Shown here: positions 45,919 to 55,882 of the stretch, piece by piece
How positions within the stretch are numbered: position 1 is the stretch's first letter
Layout: each line of letters begins with the position of its first letter
Virus record (IMG/VR): IMGVR_UViG_3300008108_000037
Location: 4,002-68,001 of that record
Source: a virus
Taxonomy: Duplodnaviria > Heunggongvirae > Uroviricota > Caudoviricetes
Direction: 5' to 3' (one strand)
Length of the DNA stretch: 64,000 nt
Position numbers and translations under genes: made by a program
The notes under the pieces: generated by a model
Told to the model about the DNA's origin: nothing
The model's input: only the letters and a program-made list of their open reading frames with translations
Database searches by the model: none

Positions 45919-46563
45919 ATGAAAAATAAAATCTATGAGGGAATAATATTTACCCTCATATTACTAATCACACTGTCCGGAATTTCTGGATGTAAAAATT
46001 CTAAAGAACAGAAAATGCCTACAGTTGAGGCATCAATTCCTTCCAAGGATACAATTCCAGTCCATGATACAGTGTATGTTGAAACTGAGGTTGAGGTGCA
46101 AGTTCCTGTAGAAATAATCAAAGAAAGAATAGAATATAGAGAGGTAGAAGCTAAGGTCGACACTGCTGCTATACTTGCTATATTTTTACAGAAAAAAAGC
46201 GTTATTGACACGCTTAAGCTAGAATATGGATACATTTATTTAACCGATACCCTATCAGGAAATTCCATAGTTTCTAGAAAATTCATCCCTAAAATTAAAG
46301 TTCCTTCCAAGGAAAAAATAGTTTACGAAGAAAAAGAGCCAGAACCATCTTTTTATATTGGAATCAACTCTGGATTAGACAAACCAAATTATGTTTACAA
46401 CTTGGGAACTTCTCTATTTTATCAAACACCAAGATCTGGGATGTATCAAGTGGGTATTGGGGTTTGGAATCAAACCATAGATGGGATTAATGGTAAATTC
46501 GTTCCCTATATTACAGGGGGTTACTACTGGAGAATAAATTTAAAAGGTAGAAGGGAAAAATAA
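45919..46563 (+). CDS. lipoprotein (possible spanin/envelope protein)
   Basis: Hydrophobic N-terminus with SGC lipobox; DTIPVHDTVYV repeats; beta-rich C-terminus. Confidence 0.65.
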   Translation: MKNKIYEGIIFTLILLITLSGISGCKNSKEQKMPTVEASIPSKDTIPVHDTVYVETEVEVQVPVEIIKERIEYREVEAKVDTAAILAIFLQKKSVIDTLKLEYGYIYLTDTLSGNSIVSRKFIPKIKVPSKEKIVYEEKEPEPSFYIGINSGLDKPNYVYNLGTSLFYQTPRSGMYQVGIGVWNQTIDGINGKFVPYITGGYYWRINLKGRREK

Positions 46564-46610
46564 CCAATATTTTTCGAATCATTTTTTGTCTTCCTGGATA
46601 TAATCTGATA

Positions 46611-46886
46611 ATGAAGATTACAGCAAATCCAAGACTCTGCCTTCTTTATTTTGACTTTATCATTGGGGAATTTCAATATGATGTTGAAATAAAGCAATAT
46701 CTAGATTCCCCTAAAGAGGTTGAAATCCGGGTTAAAAATAATTTGGGGAATATTGTAGAAGATCCCAATTTAATAGGAATCATTAAGAATTATTCAATGC
46801 AAAAATATTCCATTGGATACGAAGATTCAAAAATTAATTCTGGATATTCATCCAGCCCTGATACTAGATTAGATCCTCCAATATAA
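46611..46886 (+). CDS. hypothetical protein
   Basis: ORF track. Confidence 0.6.
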   Translation: MKITANPRLCLLYFDFIIGEFQYDVEIKQYLDSPKEVEIRVKNNLGNIVEDPNLIGIIKNYSMQKYSIGYEDSKINSGYSSSPDTRLDPPI

Positions 46887-46895
46887 TATTTAAAA

Positions 46896-47447
46896 ATGGT
46901 CATCGAGAAAGAAAATTTTCTAACTGCTGAAGAATGTGACGAATTTATCCAAGAATCAAGTTCTCACTTTTTTAGAACTAGCACCCTAGGAAAAGAGATC
47001 GAAGGATATAGGGTTGCCGACGGAGCTTGGCTTTCAAACAGTCTTGATATAGTCAAAAAGCTCAAGGAAAAGGTAAACGAAGAATCAGGAATTCCAGTAC
47101 CAAACATGGAAGGAACTCACATAGTAAAGTATGAAGTAGGAGGGGAATATAAGGTCCACCATGATTTTTTCCATCCAAATGAATCCTATTTTCCGAATGA
47201 GATGAAAAGAGGTGGGCAGAGACTAAAGACTGCACTCGTATATTTAAACGATGAATTTACTGGGGGAGAGACAGAATTTCCAAAGATGTCGATAAAGGTT
47301 AAACCTAAAAAGGGCAAGCTTGTTTTATGGGATAACACAAATCCTGATGGGTCCCCAGACTATGAAAGTTTACATGCTGGACTTCCGGTAGAAACTGGAA
47401 CCAAATACATAGCAGTGGTTTGGATCAGAGAATCAACATTTTTCTAA
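46896..47447 (+). CDS. 2OG-Fe(II) oxygenase, prolyl-4-hydroxylase-like
   Basis: ENFLT.EEC; Y..G.EYK.HHD; TALVYLND..GGET.FP; LHAG.PV..G.K. Confidence 0.92.
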   Translation: MVIEKENFLTAEECDEFIQESSSHFFRTSTLGKEIEGYRVADGAWLSNSLDIVKKLKEKVNEESGIPVPNMEGTHIVKYEVGGEYKVHHDFFHPNESYFPNEMKRGGQRLKTALVYLNDEFTGGETEFPKMSIKVKPKKGKLVLWDNTNPDGSPDYESLHAGLPVETGTKYIAVVWIRESTFF

Positions 47448-47499
47448 GATAACATTTTTATTTTCAGTTTTCTGTAATTATTTTTGACAAAAAACAAAA

Positions 47500-47922
47500 G
47501 TGTCACACGATATCACTGCTTTTTCTAAGAATTCAGGAGAAAAACTCTCCTCCCTTTCGATTGGAGCATTCAATCAAGGTAAATCCTGGATTCTTTACGA
47601 GTCACTAGATTGTAATGAATGCAATTCTGGTGTTTCAGGATCAGGAACTTCTAAAACCTTTACTGAGGATAAAATTAGAATCTCGATTTCAAAATTTAGA
47701 TATCTTCTAGGTGAGCCAGAAAATGAGCTATATCATATAGTGAAAGATTCAAAGCCGTGCAGATCCGCAACTGGTTTATTGCACAGGGTTTTAAGATCCA
47801 TTGGAGCTAGACCTTCTGTGGCAGATGTAAAAATATCTTTAGATAGGGACTCCGCGGAAGATGTTGAGAGATTCCTCGAGGAAATTCAAAATTCTGGGGA
47901 GGTCTTAGTGGAATTTAATTAA
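47500..47922 (+). CDS. hypothetical protein
   Basis: GTG start after host-type promoter. Confidence 0.6.
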   Translation: MSHDITAFSKNSGEKLSSLSIGAFNQGKSWILYESLDCNECNSGVSGSGTSKTFTEDKIRISISKFRYLLGEPENELYHIVKDSKPCRSATGLLHRVLRSIGARPSVADVKISLDRDSAEDVERFLEEIQNSGEVLVEFN

Positions 47923-48016
47923 TTTCCGCATATCCTTAATTTTTTGGAACTTTTTGAGTGGTTTAGAGTATAAACTATGTATTTAATTAATGTTTAACTT
48001 TAAATTATTTAAAAAG

Positions 48017-48232
48017 ATGGCAAACAAAACAAGCCGCACAACTGGAAGCAGAAAGCCTGCTAATCCGACTGCAAAATCTGTTTATCAGATGACAATGGGT
48101 GGAAGAAAACTTAAAAAGTATGCTTCCATTCGCCAAGCTGGTGTATCAACCAACGTTGATCCAAGTAGCATCTCTAAAGCAACTAGAGGGGTACTTAACA
48201 CAGCTGGCGGATTCCGCTGGCAGACTGTTTAA
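48017..48232 (+). CDS. NUMOD1-type DNA-binding protein
   Basis: VYQMTMGG..LKKYASIRQA...ISK......TAGGFRW. Confidence 0.8.
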   Translation: MANKTSRTTGSRKPANPTAKSVYQMTMGGRKLKKYASIRQAGVSTNVDPSSISKATRGVLNTAGGFRWQTV

Positions 48233-48251
48233 TCGGATTATCGATTAATTT

Positions 48252-48284
48252 TGGACTCCTCTTAATTGGGGAGTCCATTTTTTT
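48252..48284 (+). terminator. intrinsic terminator
   Basis: TGGACTCCTC-TTAATT-GGGGAGTCCA-TTTTTTT. Confidence 0.75.
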
Positions 48285-48295
48285 ATCCCTTTTTT

Positions 48296-49000
48296 ATGGT
48301 TTACGACTTCTATGGAAAATTCTCTGAGATCTATCCAATTAATTTGGAAGATTTAAAGTCTCCAGAAAGAGACAAATGGGGATATTTTTGGGACATGGAA
48401 GATTATATGTTTAAGGATAAGAATGGCAGGGGATTACTATTGCAGGGTATACTTTTAAGCACACCAAAAGATTTTGATACCTTTACTAAAATCTTCGATC
48501 ATAATTTAAGAAAGACAACTTTTAATTCTTTATTAAAACTCACAGAATCTTTAATAGAGAATGTATATGAAATAGGCCCGCAAGATCTAGATTTTACAGA
48601 ATCTGCTGAATATGGCGCATTTAAATATTTTTGTGATGAATCTCATAAGGTTGGGGAACAAAGAAGGGAATACTTTGAAAGTCTCAACCTTTCCGTCAGA
48701 AGAGGTAAAATCTGGATCTCACTTAACCACTACTGGACGGATTTAATCAAAAAAGAAACAGAGGATTTTTGGGGTCCGGAAATAAGAGTTTTTAGACTTC
48801 CTGATCGTTATTTTGTTATGAACAGGAAAGATCTATGGGAGGAGACAATTATAGAGGGGATGGAGAAATTAGACGAGAATAAAATTTGGGAGGATTTTTC
48901 ATACAAATTTCCCACGCTTGTTAAGCACATAGACCCGGAAATTCGCCAAAAAATTGGGGTCAATTTTTTAACCAAGGCGACCGATTGGGGATTATTTTAA
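48296..49000 (+). CDS. hypothetical protein
   Basis: ORF; ends DWGLF. Confidence 0.7.
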   Translation: MVYDFYGKFSEIYPINLEDLKSPERDKWGYFWDMEDYMFKDKNGRGLLLQGILLSTPKDFDTFTKIFDHNLRKTTFNSLLKLTESLIENVYEIGPQDLDFTESAEYGAFKYFCDESHKVGEQRREYFESLNLSVRRGKIWISLNHYWTDLIKKETEDFWGPEIRVFRLPDRYFVMNRKDLWEETIIEGMEKLDENKIWEDFSYKFPTLVKHIDPEIRQKIGVNFLTKATDWGLF

Positions 49001-49160
49001 AATCCTTCAAAGATTTAAAATGCCACCGAAGTATTATTTCTACCAGTTTCATTTCGTGTCTATAATTAAAAAATGGAATATCCTGCCCAGTTAAAAAAGG
49101 ATCTCTACGAAAATTAAATAGATAGAGGTAGCACGATAACTAAATTTTATAAAAATGTAA

Positions 49161-49571
49161 ATGGAATCGGAAAAAAAAGAAAAAGAAATCAACAAAGAAG
49201 AAGCGAGCACAGAAACAACAAAAGGACCATTAACTGACCTAGAAGTAGCTAAAAAAATGCTTAATTTGAAACAGAGCGCAGACTCTCGGAATATAAAGTT
49301 CGATCTTTCTTTTGTCACATTAAAAGAATTAATGGAACAAAAAAAGTGCTTTTATACCGGGAGAGTTCTTGAACCTAAGGGAGATTTCTCCTTAAGCATT
49401 GATAGGATAGACAACAAACTAGGATACATTGAGGGTAATGTTGTTGCATGCACTGTTGATATAAACCGTAAGAAAACTGATATAACTATAGATGAGATTG
49501 AAATGATCCACAAGGCTATCCAAAAAGCAAAAAAAGGATCTTCAATCTCAAAGGAAGAAAAAACTGATTAA
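49161..49571 (+). CDS. His-Me finger (HNH-like) nuclease-fold protein
   Basis: CFYTG...SIDRIDNKLGYIEGNVVAC...N..K. Confidence 0.75.
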   Translation: MESEKKEKEINKEEASTETTKGPLTDLEVAKKMLNLKQSADSRNIKFDLSFVTLKELMEQKKCFYTGRVLEPKGDFSLSIDRIDNKLGYIEGNVVACTVDINRKKTDITIDEIEMIHKAIQKAKKGSSISKEEKTD

Positions 49572-49583
49572 ATCTAGGATTTT

Positions 49584-49958
49584 TTGATGAATACCTCGGA
49601 TATAAATCTTAAAAATGCTAAGCTTATATTGAAGTGGTGTTACGATAATCTGGGTAATTCTAAATATAGAAGTTTTTCTAAATTAAAGATTTCTATATCC
49701 AGAAGCATTAAAACACCAGGCCTTTATGAGGAGGATGGTGAGTGTAGCGTGATTTATGTCAATCCTGACAAGCATCGCAGTTTTAATGAGTTTATAGATA
49801 CCATAATACACGAATACACGCATTTTCTTCAGGGCCTAAGATACTATGATCAAATCATGGAAATAACAGGCTATGACAAGCATCCAATGGAGCATTCTTC
49901 GAACCTTTTAGCCATAATCCTCAAAAGAAAGTGCAGGAGGGAGGTTTTTTCCAATTAA
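49584..49958 (+). CDS. HExxH metallopeptidase-like protein
   Basis: TIIHEYTHFLQ...Y..HPME. Confidence 0.7.
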   Translation: MMNTSDINLKNAKLILKWCYDNLGNSKYRSFSKLKISISRSIKTPGLYEEDGECSVIYVNPDKHRSFNEFIDTIIHEYTHFLQGLRYYDQIMEITGYDKHPMEHSSNLLAIILKRKCRREVFSN

Positions 49959-49994
49959 TTTAGTTTCCTTACATTTACCTATTAAACCAATACT

Positions 49995-50396
49995 ATGGAC
50001 GGTAAACAATGGAAAAAAGAGGAGCTAGATTTTCTACTTTCCAATTATGAAAAAATGAGTTTTAAAGAGCTTTCTGAATCCCTGGGAAGAGGTATAGAAG
50101 GAGTAAGATCTAAGCTCCATCGGATGGGCATCCGGAAAGGAAAAAAACCGGATCAGAACAACAAAAACAATCTGATTAATAAATCTCCCATCGGTAAAGC
50201 TAGTCAACGACCAGATCCCAGAATAAAAGAGAGAACCAGATTAAAAAGGAGCTATCCGAATATAGAGAGGGATTTCAATAAAATGATTCCTGTTATAATA
50301 GACAATAGGACTAGAATCTATATAAAAAGCGGGGAGGATCCTGAAAAAGCTCGGGAAAAGTATATGGAAAGAATGCTACAAAATCCCCGTTTCTAG
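49995..50396 (+). CDS. HTH-containing hypothetical protein
   Basis: W..EE..FL...Y......EL...LGR....V..K. Confidence 0.7.
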   Translation: MDGKQWKKEELDFLLSNYEKMSFKELSESLGRGIEGVRSKLHRMGIRKGKKPDQNNKNNLINKSPIGKASQRPDPRIKERTRLKRSYPNIERDFNKMIPVIIDNRTRIYIKSGEDPEKAREKYMERMLQNPRF

Positions 50397-50439
50397 TGCA
50401 TTTTTAATATTTGTATCCATTTATTAAATTTGGGATAAT

Positions 50440-50772
50440 ATGAAAGCATTCCATATTTCGCCTAAGAAGAATCGTAAGAAAATACTGAACGAAGGATTAA
50501 AACCCACATTGGGTCCAAGATCTAAAAGATTTGGGGAGAGGGAGCCAAAACTCTTTTTGACACAGAATATAAAGGATTCAATTGACCTTATCAATATAAG
50601 ATTCTTTAATTCCCATCCAGATTTTATCGACGGGATTGATATCTGGGAGGTTAATATAATAGAGCCTTTCGATGTGAATAAAGACGAAAGGTTTCCACGA
50701 GGATTTTATATAAAAGAGGAGACTAAAGTGGAGAACATAAAGCTAAAAAAATCATTTAAGTGGGTAGAATAA
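50440..50772 (+). CDS. small ART/Tpt1-fold-like protein
   Basis: FH.SP....ILNEGLKP...LFLT...IWEV pattern. Confidence 0.5.
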   Translation: MKAFHISPKKNRKKILNEGLKPTLGPRSKRFGEREPKLFLTQNIKDSIDLINIRFFNSHPDFIDGIDIWEVNIIEPFDVNKDERFPRGFYIKEETKVENIKLKKSFKWVE

Positions 50773-50792
50773 ATAAAAAAACAATTTTAATT

Positions 50793-51023
50793 ATGAAGTG
50801 GTTAAAGCATGAAAATCGTAGGGTAAATTTAGAAAATGTGGTTTACTTCGAATCTGTGGATTTCAAAAGAAGGGAAGAAAACGGGGAGGTCAAGGCGATA
50901 TTTGCAATAAGATTCGTCTATTCAACACCTAGGGATGAGGTGAATTTTGAATTTTTTAAATTTGAAGAGCGGGAGAATTTTATAAAATCTATTGACGATA
51001 GTTTGTTTTCACAAATGGTATAA
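50793..51023 (+). CDS. hypothetical protein
   Basis: Start MKWLK at 50793. Confidence 0.65.
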   Translation: MKWLKHENRRVNLENVVYFESVDFKRREENGEVKAIFAIRFVYSTPRDEVNFEFFKFEERENFIKSIDDSLFSQMV

Positions 51024-51077
51024 GACAAGAGAAACTCCAGGTAACACTTTCGATATAAATACAAATAACGTGTTACC

Positions 51078-51446
51078 TTGGAAAAATCCGTGCATTATGA
51101 CGTGTATCCCAATTCTGTTTCAGAGCTTACTGAGAAGCTGCTAGAAGGTCTAGAAGAAGAGGGATTTTTTGAAAGAGAAGGTGCTGACTATAATATCACT
51201 TTCAAGAGGTTTGCAGATACAGTTTTTAGAAATTGGCTATCTGGTGAGGACCTAGAAAACATCTCAGAAAAAGAATTTTCACAAATTTTAAATCTTTCCA
51301 TAATCCAATCTGATTTAGAAAGTCTCAGAGGTAGAGGTGTTTTAGAGACTATAGAGAATGAAGAGGGAGAACCTATGTATTTTTTAACAGAAAAGGGAAA
51401 GGGTGAAATGGAAAAATTTATAGGAAAAAATAAATCAGTTCTATGA
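51078..51446 (+). CDS. hypothetical protein
   Basis: ORF track. Confidence 0.7.
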   Translation: MEKSVHYDVYPNSVSELTEKLLEGLEEEGFFEREGADYNITFKRFADTVFRNWLSGEDLENISEKEFSQILNLSIIQSDLESLRGRGVLETIENEEGEPMYFLTEKGKGEMEKFIGKNKSVL

Positions 51447-51679
51447 ACAATCTTTCGTGGTCTAAAGAATCAACCCCTAAGAAGACAATAGAAAAAGAAG
51501 AACCCCCCAAACCAAAGAAGAAGATTTCATATAAAAAAGAGATCGAGGATTTGGAAAAGGTAAAATCTAGGTTGAAGGAAAAGTATGAAGTTTTTGCAAT
51601 CAATAGGATTTCGAATGCTATATTAGAGGTAGAAACAGCAATTCAAAACCTTAAAAAACAAGAATATTATGATGCTTAA
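51443..51679 (+). CDS. coiled-coil hypothetical protein
   Basis: ATGA-coupled. Confidence 0.65.
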   Translation: MNNLSWSKESTPKKTIEKEEPPKPKKKISYKKEIEDLEKVKSRLKEKYEVFAINRISNAILEVETAIQNLKKQEYYDA

Positions 51680-51897
51680 TGTTGAAAGAAATAAAGGAGA
51701 GCGAAATAAAAGCAGCATCATTAAAATTTGTAAAAGAGAGGTTTGGATTTTCTAATTTAAAAGCAGGAGATGGATCTGATATAGATTTAAAATCGCACAG
51801 AATATCATTTGAGGCTGGTATGAAAATTTTATTAATCAATTCAGGCTTCGTAAAAGAGGGGAAGAAATATATCCTCAAAAAATCCCATCTTGTTTAA
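51679..51897 (+). CDS. hypothetical protein
   Basis: Coupled to neighbours. Confidence 0.65.
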   Translation: MLKEIKESEIKAASLKFVKERFGFSNLKAGDGSDIDLKSHRISFEAGMKILLINSGFVKEGKKYILKKSHLV

Positions 51898-52615
51898 AAG
51901 ATCTGTAAATATTATAATTCCTGCCAGAATGTCTAGCACTAGACTTCCAGGAAAACCTTTGGAAAGAATAGGAGATAAAACTATGATTCAAAGAGTTTAT
52001 GAAAATTGTAAAGATACAGATGCTTCTGATGTTTATGTTGCAACAGATTCCCAAGAAATATACGACCACGTTTCTAGATTTGGCAAATGTATTTTAACGC
52101 CAGAATTTGACAACGGAACTCTCAGAGTTTGTTATGCCTCAAAACATATGGAATCGCCTTCTGATTTCATAATAAATGTCCAGGGCGATGAGCCGTTCAT
52201 AAGTAAACATTTCCTTAATTCTTTTATCAGAGAAATAGCTTCATTACGGAGGAAATGTGTTTTAACTGGAGCTTCTAAATTACAAACAATTCATTTAAGA
52301 AATAGAAATTCAGTAAAATTAATACATGATAGTAACGACGCAATAATTTCGTTTACTAGAAGTCCTTTTTTTGGAAATTCCGAAAATTGTCTAAAACATG
52401 TTGGAATCTATGGGTTCATGTTTGATGATTTGTCAGAGATAGAAAAAATAAAACCAACAGAGGAATCTCTAAATTCTTCTTTAGAGCAAATTGCCTGGAT
52501 GGAAAATGGATTTTCACTGAGATATGTTATGTGTTATCAAGAATCAATTTGTATAGACACGCAGAGTGATTTGGATCTTGCTAGGAATGCTGTTTTATTA
52601 GACAAAATTCCTTAA
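51890..52615 (+). CDS. kdsB: CMP-Kdo synthetase-like cytidylyltransferase
   Basis: IIPARMSSTRLPGKPL, VATDS, GT.R, INVQGDEP, HVGIY, SLEQ..W.ENG, IDT..DL. Confidence 0.9.
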   Translation: MFKRSVNIIIPARMSSTRLPGKPLERIGDKTMIQRVYENCKDTDASDVYVATDSQEIYDHVSRFGKCILTPEFDNGTLRVCYASKHMESPSDFIINVQGDEPFISKHFLNSFIREIASLRRKCVLTGASKLQTIHLRNRNSVKLIHDSNDAIISFTRSPFFGNSENCLKHVGIYGFMFDDLSEIEKIKPTEESLNSSLEQIAWMENGFSLRYVMCYQESICIDTQSDLDLARNAVLLDKIP

Positions 52616-52634
52616 TTTTAAGATAAATATAGCC

Positions 52635-53111
52635 GTGAGAATTTATGTAGATCTTGATGGTACTGTTTGTGATTTAAAAAAGGCGGTAGAGGAGTTTAGA
52701 TCAAATAACGAAAGTAAAGAGGGAAGTCTAGTTTACAAATATCCCTGGTCATCCCCTGGATTTTTTTCTAATCTAGATCCAATAGAAAAATCAATAGAAT
52801 CTGTTTTCTATCTGTCAAGTAAATTTGATGTCTGGTTTCTCAGCCGTCCTTCCTTTAGAAACATAGAATCATATAGCGATAAAGCTTTGTGGGTAAGAAA
52901 AAATTTCGGTTACGACTTTCAAAAGAAACTTATACTTTGTCCGGACAAGAGTTTGTTAAAGGGAAGAATTCTTATCGATGATGAGGAAAACGCAAACCAA
53001 AGATCTTTTTCAGGAATTTGGATCAGAATTTTCTCAGGGGAATATCCAGACTGGGAATCAGTTATAACAAGGGTGGATGAAATAGGAGAAATTCCGATAA
53101 ATAGTCTATGA
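52635..53111 (+). CDS. 5'(3')-deoxyribonucleotidase (NT5C, HAD)
   Basis: YVDLDG; K..WV...; LIL..DKSL..G.ILIDD. Confidence 0.9.
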   Translation: MRIYVDLDGTVCDLKKAVEEFRSNNESKEGSLVYKYPWSSPGFFSNLDPIEKSIESVFYLSSKFDVWFLSRPSFRNIESYSDKALWVRKNFGYDFQKKLILCPDKSLLKGRILIDDEENANQRSFSGIWIRIFSGEYPDWESVITRVDEIGEIPINSL

Positions 53112-53120
53112 TATCTTCAT

Positions 53121-53420
53121 ATGGCTAGAATGATTCGGAGATTTAAGATTGAAAGAAATGATTTGGGCAGCGATGTAATATTAACCACCCAAGACGTTGA
53201 AATGGTGTATGAAATCATTAGGGGTATTTTATATGGTATAGAAAGGGATAGAAACAGCGTTGATCTTTTTGAAATACAGTCAGGGGAGGATGTTCAAATT
53301 TTTTCAATACCCAAAAGTAAATGGAGAAAAGCTTTAGAAAAGGCTATTTCTAAAATGATAGAGATTGAGGATTATGAAACATGCTCAGATATTAAAAAAG
53401 CTTTTGAAAGCTTGCCTTAA
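53121..53420 (+). CDS. hypothetical protein
   Basis: C-terminal UvrB/C-like EDYE.C..IK. Confidence 0.7.
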   Translation: MARMIRRFKIERNDLGSDVILTTQDVEMVYEIIRGILYGIERDRNSVDLFEIQSGEDVQIFSIPKSKWRKALEKAISKMIEIEDYETCSDIKKAFESLP

Positions 53421-53436
53421 TGGGAATATATAAGTT

Positions 53437-53691
53437 ATGAGACATCTAAAGATATACGAAAGCTTCGAACCCACATATGATACAAATTATAATCCAAAAG
53501 ATTATAAAATTTTAAATCCTGGGCAAATTGCACATTATCGTCAGGTTTTTAGATTAAGACCCGCTAGGGAGGTCGACTATGTCTGGAAAGTTCTAGATAC
53601 GATAGAAAAAAATAATGGTAGAGCATCTCTTAAACAATGGAACGTCATTCAAAGAACTTACAGTGGAGGAAATTATCCAGTTAATTACTAA
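53437..53691 (+). CDS. putative internal head protein
   Basis: MRHLKIYE; GAATATATAA box 3 nt upstream. Confidence 0.75.
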   Translation: MRHLKIYESFEPTYDTNYNPKDYKILNPGQIAHYRQVFRLRPAREVDYVWKVLDTIEKNNGRASLKQWNVIQRTYSGGNYPVNY

Positions 53692-54332
53692 TGAGACACC
53701 TTTTTGAATATATGGAATTTGATGAACTTAGTTCTAAAGCTAAAACATCAGCTCTGGATAACGTAAGGAATGAAAAGTACTCTGGTAGATATGGGGGTGA
53801 CGATGTTGCTTCTTGGGTAATCGATGATGATTCACTTTTTGAGCCACCTCATGAAGAAATGGAAAAACTTTTCGGAGATGATTATTACGAGGATAATGGG
53901 AATAGGTTCATGATCCAAAATCTAAGAAAGGACATCTATTTTATAGGGAAGCAAGATCCTAATTACTATTTACACTGTGAAAACGCAATTGACATCAGTA
54001 ATGATAATCTTTTTCTTAGATGGTTAGAAATACCTGCAGCATTCCGTCCTCATATTTACTATATGTTCAAAAGTTCCGGTAAAAGTAATACCACTATAGT
54101 ATTTGAAATAGAGGATTTAGACTCTATGATTGCTGAATACGGAGAAGAATCCGAGGATCTTCTAACCAATTACTGCAATAGAGCCGAAAGAAAGTTTAGT
54201 GACCACATGGATCGGGTTTTAACCCGTATTTCTAATGATATAGATGCTCAGTTCGAGGATGGTGGCATCATCGACACTATAGAAATCAACGATATTAAAT
54301 TCGAAGAAGACGGGTCAATAGCGGAGGATTAA
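53691..54332 (+). CDS. putative internal head protein
   Basis: MRHLFE; acidic. Confidence 0.75.
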   Translation: MRHLFEYMEFDELSSKAKTSALDNVRNEKYSGRYGGDDVASWVIDDDSLFEPPHEEMEKLFGDDYYEDNGNRFMIQNLRKDIYFIGKQDPNYYLHCENAIDISNDNLFLRWLEIPAAFRPHIYYMFKSSGKSNTTIVFEIEDLDSMIAEYGEESEDLLTNYCNRAERKFSDHMDRVLTRISNDIDAQFEDGGIIDTIEINDIKFEEDGSIAED

Positions 54333-54389
54333 TCTGCATTTCTTTTCATGGAGAAATTATTTTAAATTTGTCAGTATAAAAGGCAAATA

Positions 54390-55163
54390 GTGATTCAATT
54401 GGTATCTCCTAAAAAATTTAACCCTTTAAAAATAGTATCCGACGGAAAATATTCTGTGGTTTCAAAAAAGCATTACAAGGACAAAATTAATGTTAACGAA
54501 TATGCAATAGAATGTATAGATCATGCCTATCAATTATGCTGGGGATCTGGATACCTAAAATCAAACAAAAGAGACAAATCAACCAAATTCAAGAATGCAC
54601 TCAAAGGAAAATTGGGGGAATTTGCCCTTTATAAGCATTTGTTGTCTCTCGGTCACGAAGTTAAATATCCGGATCTTACTGTTCTTGGAAAGGGTAAATG
54701 GGACGACGGTGATCTTTTTATCATCACTAAAGACTCAGAAGGTAATGACGTAACCAAAAAGTTATCAGTAAAGACCACGTATCATTTTTCAGATCTTTTA
54801 CTTTTAAATAAGGATGAATGGGATATGGAAGGTGGATATATTTACACAGAGAAAGGAATTCCAGATTATACATACAAAGCTTTTTTTCTCTGCAGAATGA
54901 GACAAAACCTAGACAATCTTTTGAACATAAGCGGAGATGAAGATCCTGGGATCGATAAAATTTATAAATCCTTAGATGGTGTTCGATTTAGTATGGACAT
55001 AGCTGGGTATATTACCATAGATGATTTTAAAAGAATAATTCAAGATGGAATGTTTTTTAATGTCGGAGATTATGTAGGCAAAAAGAAATGGGAAGAAAGC
55101 TTTTATTACTGTCAATCTGGGGATTTGAGGGACATCAACGACATTAAAAAGAAAAGAAGCTAA
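54390..55163 (+). CDS. PD-(D/E)xK nuclease-like protein
   Basis: GKLGEFA...WDDGDL...SVKT pattern. Confidence 0.55.
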   Translation: MIQLVSPKKFNPLKIVSDGKYSVVSKKHYKDKINVNEYAIECIDHAYQLCWGSGYLKSNKRDKSTKFKNALKGKLGEFALYKHLLSLGHEVKYPDLTVLGKGKWDDGDLFIITKDSEGNDVTKKLSVKTTYHFSDLLLLNKDEWDMEGGYIYTEKGIPDYTYKAFFLCRMRQNLDNLLNISGDEDPGIDKIYKSLDGVRFSMDIAGYITIDDFKRIIQDGMFFNVGDYVGKKKWEESFYYCQSGDLRDINDIKKKRS

Positions 55164-55166
55164 AAG

Positions 55167-55865
55167 ATGATTGATGTAATTATATTGAGTTATGCTTATA
55201 ATGATGAGCTTTATTTTTATACCGATCGATGTATAAAATCCATTCTGGATTCCGAATCAAATTCAAGTGATCTTTTTAATATTATAGTTTTAGAATCGCA
55301 GAAAGATGTTTCGTGGGATCACCTTCCAAATACTAAAACTTATGATCCTCCTAAACCATATGGATACCACAAGTTTATGAATTATGGAAGAAAACTAGGA
55401 ACTTCCGAATATGTTTGTCTTTGTAATAATGATTTGTATTTTACTAAGGGATGGGCTTCTGAAATATTAAACGTTGCTCAACACGATCCGGATATTCTTT
55501 CGTTCTCTCCGATATGTACTATGACCCAGCCGAAATACGGAATAAATCCGCATACAGGAAATTTGATCGGATACGAGATAAGGAAACATATTTCGGGATG
55601 GTGTATTTTTCAAAAGAGAGAAATATACGAATCTATAGGAGATCTTGACGAAAGGTTTACCCATTGGTTTTCTGATAATGATTATTCTCTAACATTATAT
55701 TTTAAAAAAATTAAACACTGCTTGGTTACTTCTTCCGTTGTAATACATCATGATAAGGACATCGGAAAAACTGGACCCTATGTTTTATCTGACCCTGAAA
55801 TGTATGACATGACAAGCGGAAGTCATCAAATATTTCTAGAAAAGTGGGGTTCTAAGATTTCCTAG
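55167..55865 (+). CDS. glycosyltransferase family 2
   Basis: IDVIILSY; NYG; CLCNND; GDLDERFTHWFSDND. Confidence 0.88.
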   Translation: MIDVIILSYAYNDELYFYTDRCIKSILDSESNSSDLFNIIVLESQKDVSWDHLPNTKTYDPPKPYGYHKFMNYGRKLGTSEYVCLCNNDLYFTKGWASEILNVAQHDPDILSFSPICTMTQPKYGINPHTGNLIGYEIRKHISGWCIFQKREIYESIGDLDERFTHWFSDNDYSLTLYFKKIKHCLVTSSVVIHHDKDIGKTGPYVLSDPEMYDMTSGSHQIFLEKWGSKIS

Positions 55866-55882
55866 AGAATATATAAGTTACT

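Noticed and set aside
30007-48232. Mobile homing endonucleases at 30007 and 48017
   Set aside because: Only the DNA-binding modules are present, with no nuclease domain.
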